DNA of 59,536 nt, taken from assembly GCA_963514005.1 (NCBI GenBank), contig CAUPSL010000102.1, forward strand, positions 62,001-121,536, given 5' to 3'. Of the stretch, positions 51,511 through 59,536 are shown piece after piece. This DNA is from Raja brachyura. Its lineage: Eukaryota. How positions within the stretch are numbered: position 1 is the first letter of the stretch; each line of letters starts with the position of its first letter. The notes beneath the pieces were generated by a model. It was not told the DNA's origin and ran no database searches. It was given only the letters and a program-made list of their open reading frames with translations. The translations under genes and the position numbers were made by a program.

Positions 51511-52009
51511 AATACGTTATCCCCGAGTTAGGGGTTTATTATTTGTATTAATAAATACTTATTATTTTTCAGCTTGTTCAAGTCTGAAATGCATTAACAT
51601 ACTTCCTCCATCAGTAATTGTGGCAGTGTGAGAGCATGGACGTGGTCCAGGGCATGGAATCACAGAGCTTTGAAATCTTCACAAAGTCACTCACGTGACT
51701 CCGAAGTCAAATAGTAAGATTAAATGAGAACTTACCAGTTTGAAGTTTGATCCTTATTTTATGAGGAGTTACAATGAGGGATTTCGTGCCCTCCGCTACC
51801 AATCCTCTATCATAAGGTCAACTGGTATATTAGTTTCTCTTAATCTTACTATTTTCAGTCATTGTTGTTATCTGTGATTCCACACCGCTGCTTTGAAGAA
51901 TGTCGCGCATGCGTGCTGGCGGGGTCTTCACGAAATCCCTCATCGTAACTCCTCATAAAATAAAGATCAAACTTCAAACTGGTAAGTTCTCGTTTAATCT
52001 TACTATTTT

Positions 52010-52305
52010 AGACAATAGGTGCAGGAGTGGGTTATTCGGCCCTTCGAGCCAGCGCCGCCATTCACTGTGATCGTGAATGATCATCGCCAATCAGTACCCC
52101 GTTCCTGCCTTCTCCCCATATCCCCGACCGCTATCTCCAAGCTCTCTCTTGAAAGTATCCAGAGAACTCCACAGACTCACCACTCTCTGTGAGAAAAAGT
52201 TTATCCTCGTCTCCGTTCTAAATGCCTTACTCCTTATTCTTAAACTGTGGCCCCCAACATCGGGAACATGTTTCCTGCCTATAGTGTGTCCAAGCCCTTA
52301 ATAAT
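52010..52305 (-). mobile_element. CR1 3' fragment
   Basis: Reverse complement of CR1 3' UTR and ORF2 end. Confidence 0.75.
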
Positions 52306-52362
52306 CTCAATCTTCCCCTCCCCCAATACCGTGACAGCACTCGAACAACAGCCAGTCGCGGT

Positions 52363-52388
52363 TTTATTTTTAAATATAAGACTTTATT
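52363..52388 (-). terminator. Two AATAAA polyadenylation signals, candidate 3' end of the CAMSAP-like gene
   Basis: TTTATT at 52363-52368 and 52383-52388, ~950 nt downstream of the stop codon, in otherwise GC-rich sequence. Confidence 0.5.
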
Positions 52389-52552
52389 AAACGTTAAGCT
52401 AAAAGTGAAAAGACACAAACTGGAGCGGATCCACAAGTGGGGTCGGGGGGGAAGAGAATATCTGCGCCGCCATCGGGTCACAGACTGAAGCCCGCGATGT
52501 GCAAATTCCTGCCGTTAATGACGGCATTTTGACCGGCTTTAGCGTCGCGCCC

Positions 52553-52785
52553 CGGACACTCCCTGGGGCACCGGCTGGGGGGGGGGGGGGGGGGGGGGGG
52601 TGAGGGGGCGATAGAGACCGGCTTTGTCCGACACTCCCTCGGGCACTGGTGGGGGGGGGGGTGAGGGGGCGATAGAGACCGGCTTTGTCCGACTCCCTCG
52701 GGCACCGGTGGGGGGGGGGGGGGGTGAGGGGGCGATAGAGACCGGCTTTGTCCCACACTCCTTGGGGCACCGGCTGGGGGGGTCT
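52553..52785. repeat. ~60-65-bp G-run tandem repeat, ~3.5 units (candidate 3' UTR)
   Basis: CACTCCCTCGGGCACCGG(G)nTGAGGGGGCGATAGAGACCGGCTTTGTCC repeated. Confidence 0.85.
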
Positions 52786-53327
52786 CCGGAACACAGTGGT
52801 GGGGGGCGATATTTTCTGACTCTCCCTGAGGAGGGGTGGAAGGGAGAGGGCTGTGTAGGGGGGGGGGGGTTGGAATACGGGTGGGTCGGGGAGGGAGGGG
52901 GTCGGAGGAGGGGAGAGGGGGATGGGGTGGTTGAGGGAGGGTGTGGGGGAATGGGGTGTGGGGGCTAGTGGGGAATAGGGGGGTGGGTTGAGTGGAGGAT
53001 GGGATGGGGCGCCCTACAGACAGGCCTGGGGTCCCAGCGAGGGAGAAGGGGTGGGGAATGGGTGTGGGAGGGGGGGGAATAAAGGAGGGTTGTGGGGGAG
53101 GGGAGAGGCAGGGGTGGGGGTTTGGCAGTGGAGGGGGATAGCCGTGGGGGAGGAGGTGTAGATCGGTGGGGGAGGGAGTGGTTAGGGGAGTAGTTTGGGG
53201 ATGGGTGGGGGGTTGGAGGAATAGGGGGGTGGGGGTCGTGAGGGAGGGGGTGGGACACGCCGCAGACAGGCCCCAGGCCTCAGCGGGTTTGACGCCCCGC
53301 CAGTGAACAGGACCCCGGCCTCTCCGC

Positions 53328-53630
53328 TCACTTGGTGTCGGTGCTGGGCCCGGGCCCGGGCCGTCTCCTGGCCGACCACAGCTGCCCGTGGATGGTGAGC
53401 GCGTCCACGTTGGGCGAGAGGATCTTGGAGGGGATAAGGTGGAACTGCTTGTGGTCCGAGTTGTACTTGTACAGCCCCTCGATCATCTGCAGGTGGATCA
53501 GCTTGGGCCCGGTCCCCCACAGCCTGTGGATGTCGCCCGTGTCGGCGCTCAGTGAATACAGAGCGCGGAACTGGCAGCGATGGTCACGGAACAGAATCAC
53601 GCACTGGGCGTGTGCGCAGCGGACCAGCTC
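53328..53630 (-). CDS. CAMSAP: CAMSAP-family gene, last coding exon (CKK domain C-terminal part)
   Basis: ccccgcag|GAG, 303 nt. ELVRC..VILFRDHRCQFRALY...GTGPK...MIEGLYKYNSDHKQF.LIPSK.LS..VDALTIH..LW matches the CKK consensus. Confidence 0.93.
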   Translation of the reverse strand, partial: ELVRCAHAQCVILFRDHRCQFRALYSLSADTGDIHRLWGTGPKLIHLQMIEGLYKYNSDHKQFHLIPSKILSPNVDALTIHGQLWSARRRPGPGPSTDTK

Positions 53631-53682
53631 CTGCGGGGAGGAGGGGAGAGGCGAGCGGTCACTGGGAGAGAGAGCTGGTCAA

Positions 53683-55540
53683 GCGCCCAGTAACCCGGAC
53701 CCCAGCCCGGCCCAGCGCCCAGTAACCCCAACCCCAACCCGGCCCAGCGCCCAGCAACCCCAACCCCAACCCAGCCCAGTGCCCAGTAACCCCAACCCGG
53801 CCCAGCGCCCAGTAACCCCAACCCCAACCCGGCCCAGCGCCCAGTAACCCCAACCCAGCCCAGCGCCCAGTAACCCCAACCCGGCCTAGCGCCCAGTAAC
53901 CCCAACCCGGCCCAGCACCCAGTAACCCCAACCCCAACCCCAACCCAGCGCCCAGTAACCCCAACCCCAACCCGGCCCAGTAACCCGAACCCCAACCCCA
54001 ACCCGGCCCAGCGCCCAGTAACCCGAACCCCAACCCCAACCCCAACGCCCAGCGCCCAGTAACCCCAACCCGAACCCCAACCCGGCCCAGCGCCCAGCAA
54101 CCCCAACCCCAACCCGGCCCAGCCCAGCGCCCAGTAACCCCAACCCGGCCCAGCGCCCAGTAACCCCAACCCGGCCCAGCGCCCAGTAACCCCAACCCCA
54201 ACCCGGCCCAGCGCCCAGTAACCCCAACCCGGCCCAGCGCCCAGTAACCCCAACCCGGCCCAGCCCAGCGCCCAGTAACCCCAACCCCAACCCTAACCCG
54301 GCCCAGCGCCCAGTAACCCCAACCCCAACCACAACCCGGCCCAGAGCCCAGTAACCCCAACCCCAACCCGGCCCAGCGCCCATTAACCCCAACCCCAACC
54401 CGGCCCAGCACCCAGTAACCTGAACCCCAACCCCAACCCCAACCCGGCCCAGCGCCCAGTAACCCCAACCCGAACCCCAACCCGGCCCAGCGCCCAGTAA
54501 CCCCAACCCAGCGCCCAGTAACCCGAACCCCAACCCCAACCCAGCGCCCAGTAACCCCAACCCCAACCCAGCGCCCAGTAACCCGAACCCCAACCCCAAC
54601 CCGGCCCAGCGCCCAGTAACCCCAACCCCAACTCCAACCCGGCTCAGCGCCCAGTAACCCCAACCCCAACCCGGCCCAGCGCCCAGTAACCCGAACCCCA
54701 ACCCCAACCCCAGCGCCCAGTAACCCCAACCCGGCCCAGCGCCCAGCAACCCCAACCCCAACCCGGCCCAGCCCAGCGCCCAGTAACCCCAACCCGGCCC
54801 AGCGCCCAGTAACCCCAACCCGGCCCAGCGCCCAGTAACCCCAACCCCAACCCGGCCCAGCCCAGCGCCCAGTAACCCCAACCCGGCCCAGCGCCCAGTA
54901 ACCCCAACCCGGCCCAGCGCCCAGTAACCCCAACCCCAACCCGGCCCAGCGCCCAGTAACCCCAACCCCAACCCGGCCCAGCGCCCAGTAACCCCAACCC
55001 GGCCCAGCGCCCAGTAACCCCAACCCGGCCCAGCCCAGCGCCCAGTAACCCCAACCCCAACCCTAACCCGGCCCAGCGCCCAGTAACCCCAACCCCAACC
55101 CCAACCCGGCCCAGAGCCCAGAGCCCAGTAACCCCAACCCCAACCCCAACCCGGCCCAGCGCCCATTAACCCCAACCCCAACCCGGCCCAGCGCCCAGTA
55201 ACCTGAACCCCAACCCCAACCCCAACCCGGCCCAGCGCCCAGTAACCCCAACCCGAACCCCAACCCCAACCCGGCCCAGCGCCCAGTAACCCCAACCCCA
55301 ACCCCAACCCAGCGCCCAGTAACCCGAACCCCAACCCCAACCCAGCGCCCAGTAACCCCAACCCCAACCCCAACCCAGCGCCCAGTAACCCGAACCCCAA
55401 CCCCAACCCGGCCCAGCGCCCAGTAACCCCAACCCCAACTCCAACCCGGCCCAGCGCCCAGTAACCCCAACCCCAACCCGGCCCAGCGCCCATTAACCCC
55501 AACCCCAACCCGGCCCAGCGCCCAGTAACCCGGACCCCAA
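53683..55540. repeat. ~1.85-kb G/C-skewed compound minisatellite [CCGGCCCAGCGCCCAGTAA(CCCCAA)1-3]n in the last CAMSAP intron
   Basis: Directly visible modular repeat. Confidence 0.95.
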
Positions 55541-56163
55541 CCCCCTCAACCCTTCCGTTCACTTCGCACCTCCCCTCCCACTCTCCCTCCCTTCCTCACT
55601 CCCTAAATCCTCCACCCTCTCTCCCTGTCCCCCCAATCCCCCCCCTCCAATCCCCCTCGCCTCCCCTTCACTCCCTCTCCTTCTCTAATCCAGCTCCCCA
55701 ATACCCCTCCCCTCCCTTCTCCAATCCTTCCCCCTCCCTATACTCCCCCGCCCTTCCCTCCTGTGGGGAGGGGGGCGGAGAGGTGACTGGTCACTGTGGA
55801 GAGACCCGGCCCTGCGCCGTTTAACCCCCCCCCCCCCCCCCCCTCCTCCATCTCCCGCACCCCACGCGAATAAATGGGCGGGGCGGGGAGAGGGGAAGGG
55901 GGGGGGTGCGAAGATGGGAAGGAAAAGAGAGGGAGGGGGGAGATGGAAGGGAGGGGAAGGGGTGGGGAGGGGGAGATGGTGAGAGGGGAGGGAGATAGAT
56001 CAGGGTGGGGAGAGGGGAGAGGGTTGGGAGAGGGCCGGGAGAGGGGGAGAAGGGCTAGCCCGGGGAGGGGCAGATGGGAGAGGGCAGGATGGGGAGAGGG
56101 GAGAGTAGGCAGTGGGTCGGACAGGGAAGAGAGAGAGAGGGGGGCGGGAGAGGGGGGGCTCAC

Positions 56164-56282
56164 CTCGATGACCCGGTCCCGCTGGGTCTCGTTCACCTTC
56201 CCCGCCAGACAGCAGTAGGTGAGCGCGTTGTGCAGGATCAGCCGGTTGGACTTGGTGCTCGGCTCCTTAAACAGCTTTAGGC
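56164..56282 (-). CDS. CAMSAP: CAMSAP-family exon (CKK N-terminal part)
   Basis: 119 nt, phase 1-0, cccag|...GAG|gtgag. GLKLFKEPSTKSNRLILHNALTYCCLAGKVNETQRDRVIE. Confidence 0.93.
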
Positions 56283-56449
56283 CTGGGGGGGGGACACACA
56301 AGGGGTCAAACAGCAGCGGAAATCCACCCCCTCCAACCTCTCCTCCCCTCCTTAACCCCTGCCCCTATCACCCTCCCCTCCTCACCTGCCCCCCTCCCCA
56401 CCTCCCCTCCCCAACTCCCCCCTCCTTCCCACCTCCCCCTCCCCGGTAC

Positions 56450-56535
56450 CTGACGACTCTGTGGGCGGCGGCGCCGTGATCCGTTCGCAGTCTCTCCGCG
56501 GCCGCTGCTTCGCTCCCGGCTCCGCCTGCTCGCGT
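56450..56535 (-). CDS. CAMSAP: CAMSAP-family exon upstream of CKK
   Basis: 86 nt, phase 2-1, tctag|...CAG|gtacc. Ends RDCERITAPPPTESSG, resembling the DWE...TEYTG segment before CKK. Confidence 0.72.
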
Positions 56536-56583
56536 CTAGACGGTGGGGAGACGGCGGACGGTCAGGACTGGAGCGCGGGGGGA

Positions 56584-57110
56584 GGGGGGAGCGGAACAGG
56601 ACGAGGGGGGAGCGGAACAGGACGAGGGGGGAGCGGAACAGGACGAGGGGCTCGCCCCCCTCTCTCGTCCCCTCGTCCTCACCTCGTCCCCACCTCCCCC
56701 CCCTCGTCCCCACCTCCCCCCCCTCGTCCCCCCCTCGTCCCCACCTCCCCCCCCCCTCGTCCCCACCTCGTCCCCACCTCCCCCCCCCTCGTCCCCACCT
56801 CCCCCCCCCCCTCGTCCCCACCTCGTCCCCCCCTCGTCCCCCCCTCGTCCCCACCTCCCCCCCCCTCGTCCCCACCTCCCCCCCTCGTCCCCACCTCCCC
56901 CCCCTCGTCCCCACCTCCCCCCCCTCGTCCCCCACCTCCCCCCCCCTCGTCCCCACCCCCCCCCCTCGTCCCCACCCCCCCCCCCCCTCGTCCCCACCCC
57001 CCCGTCCCCACCCCCCCACCCCCCCCCCCCTCGTCCCCACCCCCCCGTCCCCACCCCCCCGTCCCACCACCCCCCCCCCCTCGTCCCCACCTCCCCCCCC
57101 TCGTCCCCCA
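56584..57110. repeat. 21-bp repeat x3 followed by (CCCCCCTCGTCCCCAC)n C-rich minisatellite
   Basis: Directly visible. Confidence 0.9.
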
Positions 57111-57428
57111 CCACTGTGACTATAAATACACTCCCTTCCTCGCCAACCCCGCTCCGCACATTCTCACCCCCCCCCCCGCCGTGACCAAATCCCAGACCCC
57201 CCCCTCCACCACTGCGTATCCCTCCCCCGCCCTCGCGTATCTCTACATCCCCCCCCATCTCCAAACTAACCCAGCCCCCCAAACTGCCCCCCCACCACCA
57301 CCATCACCACTGCATGTCCCTCCCCCGCCCTCGCGAATTCCCATCCACCCTCCAAACTGCCCCCCCCCCCCCGGTGGGCCTAACCCCGGGGACCCCCCAC
57401 TCCGGCGGAGGGTCCGCGCCACACTCAC

Positions 57429-57526
57429 CGACCCTCTCCCCGCCTCTGCCGCGGCGCCGCCTCCTGCGGGCCGGTGTGGGGCCCGGGGCCCGGGAGCCGC
57501 AGCGTCGGCCGCCTCGGCGAGATCTC
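57429..57526 (-). CDS. CAMSAP: CAMSAP-family exon (predicted)
   Basis: 98 nt, phase 0-2, ctctccag|...CG|gtgagt. Phases fit both neighbouring exons; open frame EISPRRPTLRLPG... Confidence 0.62.
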
Positions 57527-57619
57527 CTGGAGAGGGGAGAGGATGGTGAAACCCCCCTCGTCGGCTCCCCCCAAACAATCCCACGACCCTCCCCTCCCCC
57601 CCCCCTCCCATCACGTTGT

Positions 57620-58630
57620 ACCAGCTTCCGCATCTGCACCCAGGATGAGGTGTTCCACACCAGGGCATCGGAGATGTCCTCATTCTTCAAGGAAAGGGGG
57701 TTCCCCTCTTCTACCATTGACCAGGCTCTCACCAGGGTATCTCGTCCTACATCTCCGCTCCGTTCGCAACAACCAGCCTGGTGTCCCGGTGGCTCAGCTC
57801 TTCAAATCGCCCTCCCATTCCGAAGCCGACCTCTCTGTCCTGGGCCTCTTCCATGGCCAGAGTGTGGCCCACCGCAGATTGGAGGAGCAGCACCTCATAT
57901 TTCGTTAGGGTATTCCGATGCGGCCGAGGTTGCGGCTCCTGGGCCGCGGGCCCCATATCCCCTGACTCCGTTATCTTTAAGAGCCCTATCCAGCCCTCTC
58001 TTGAATGTATCCAGAGAACCGGCCTCCACCGCCCTCTGAGGCAGAGAATTCCACAGACTGATTCCTGTGATGTCAGGACTTTCATATGAGGAAAGACTGG
58101 ATAGACTCGGCTTGTACTCGCTGGAATTTAGAAGATTGAGGGGGGATCTTATAGAAACTTACAAAATTCTTAAGGGGTTGGACAAGCTAGATGCTGGAAG
58201 ATTGTTCCCGATGTTGGGGGAGTCCAGAACAAGGGGTCACAGTCTAAGGATAAGGGGGAATTCCTTTAGGACCGAGATGAGGAAAACATTCTTTACATAG
58301 AGAGTGGTGAGTCTCTGGAATTCTCTGCCACAGAAGGTAGTTGAGGCCAGTTCATTGGCTATATTTAAGAGGGCGTTAGATGTGGCACTTGTGGCTAAAG
58401 GGATCAGGGGGTATGGAGAGAAGGCAGGTACGGGATACTGAGTTGGATGGTTACACAAAAAGCTGGAGAAACTCAGCGGGTTGCAGCAGCATCTAAGGAG
58501 CGAAGGAGATAGCGACGTTTCGGGTCGAGACCCTTCTCCATGGATGATCCGCCATGATCACATTGAATGGCGGTGCAGGCTCGAAGGGCCGAATGGCCTA
58601 CTCCTGCACCTATTTTTCTATGTTTCTATG
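57620..58630 (+). mobile_element. Intronic Penelope fragment (57620-57905) and CR1 3' fragments (57955-58630)
   Basis: RICTQDEVFHTR, VAQLFKSPSHS; [18 protein letters not shown]; CR1 tail. Confidence 0.85.
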
Positions 58631-58690
58631 GACAGCATGGGCAAGGTGGGTCGAATGGCCTGTTGAAATGCGGTGTGAGTATGAACATAC

Positions 58691-59536
58691 CCGAACCCTC
58701 CCCCCGTCGCAAACGCCCCCCTCCCATCCACCTCCCTCATCCTCACCTCTTGTCTCCTTGGTCTCTCCGCCTCCCTGCCGCTCCTTCCGTCCTCCGGTGC
58801 TGGGATCCTGCTGGGTTCTCCGGCGGCCGGGCCCCGCTGTCTCGTCGTGTGGGGCGGTCTCCGGCCCCCGCCGCCTCTCTGCCTCGCCCATGGGACCCGT
58901 ACCCAGGCCCGGGGCTTCCAGCAGGTCGAGCCGAGCTCCGCGGGGTGTCAATGTCCACAGCTCCTCGCCCTCCCCACCCCCCTCGCTGACCCCCACCCCC
59001 TCCATCTCCCCGTCCCTCTGCCCCTCCCTCTCTCCTTCCCCTTCCCCCTCCATCTCCCCCTCCCCCTCCCTCTCTCCTTCCCCGTCCCTCTCCCCTTCCC
59101 CCTCCATCTCCCCCTCTCTCTCCCCCAGCGACCCCTCGCCAGGGCCCAGTCCGGCGGTTCCCCGCAGGTCGAGCCGGGCTCCGCAAGGCCCCGGGCCGCA
59201 GGCCTGCTCCTCGCCCTCGCGGCCGGCCAGGCGCAGCAGCCGGGTGTAGGCCCGTCGGCCGAGGCTCTGCCAGCGGCGGCCCAGCCAGGCCTCGCGGGCC
59301 TGCAGCCGGGCCCGGATCTCCGTCTGCTTCAGCTGCAGCCGCTGGCGGACCTGGGCCCACTCGGGGTCCGGCCCGAAGCCCACCTGGCCCCGCCGCCCGC
59401 GGCCGCGCCTCCGCTCCTGAAGCTGCCGCTGCTCAGCGAAGCTGGTCAGCCTGGCGGAGCCCGGGCCGGGGTCGGGGTCTAGCGGGACCCAGCCCTCGTT
59501 CTGCCCTTCACCGGCCCCCAACTCTTGCACCCCCTC
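58691..59536 (-). CDS. CAMSAP: CAMSAP-family large central exon (partial; continues beyond the window), containing a CC1-like segment
   Basis: Open frame; RLTSFAEQR and EWAQVRQRLQLKQTEIRARLQAREAWLGRRWQSLGRRAY resemble CAMSAP (M)TSFAE and the CC1 helix. Donor CGG|gtatg, phase 0. Confidence 0.78.

Larger units (their letters stand above)
42831..52008 (+). mobile_element. DIRS1-type tyrosine-recombinase retrotransposon, full-length, degenerate, with three nested insertions
   Basis: TTT termini; ITRs 42857-42891 / 51900-51934; right extension 51935-52008; internal complementary region 51677-51788; gag-like, RT, RNase H, MT and YR coding remnants in the canonical order. Confidence 0.93.

Noticed and set aside
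53683-55540. True interstitial telomere
   Set aside because: The hexamers are TTGGGG embedded in a longer unit, and canonical TTAGGG is nearly absent.
53597-55562. Long Gly/Trp/Leu-rich ORFs (up to 558 aa)
   Set aside because: All frames are open only because the repeat lacks stops on that strand; the region lies between two CKK exons with good splice sites.
56306-57549. Pro-rich and Gly-rich ORFs (extensin- or formin-like)
   Set aside because: Translations of a C-rich intronic minisatellite.

Overview
Vertebrate genomic DNA, most likely a cartilaginous fish (skate/ray). This is inferred from the HER1/CR1 LINE, HE1/V-SINE and Penelope repeat families and the style of the B30.2 exon. The window is dominated by transposable elements: many CR1 LINE fragments, Penelope-like GIY-YIG elements, one Rex1/Babar LINE, three copies of a non-autonomous hAT-type element, and one full-length but decayed DIRS1 tyrosine-recombinase retrotransposon (42831-52008) carrying three nested insertions. 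Two host genes are visible. (1) A butyrophilin-like gene on + (IgV, IgC, TM, two 27-nt exons, B30.2). Its only open IgV exon has been flipped by a ~1.78-kb inversion, and it is flanked by partial tandem duplicates, each carrying a CGA>TGA stop. (2) The 3' five exons of a strongly divergent, compacted CAMSAP (CKK-domain) gene on -, in a very GC-rich segment. Its position beside a butyrophilin makes it a candidate fourth, MHC-linked CAMSAP ohnolog. Exon and TSD coordinates were read at base level; ordinary TE fragment boundaries are approximate (tens of bp).
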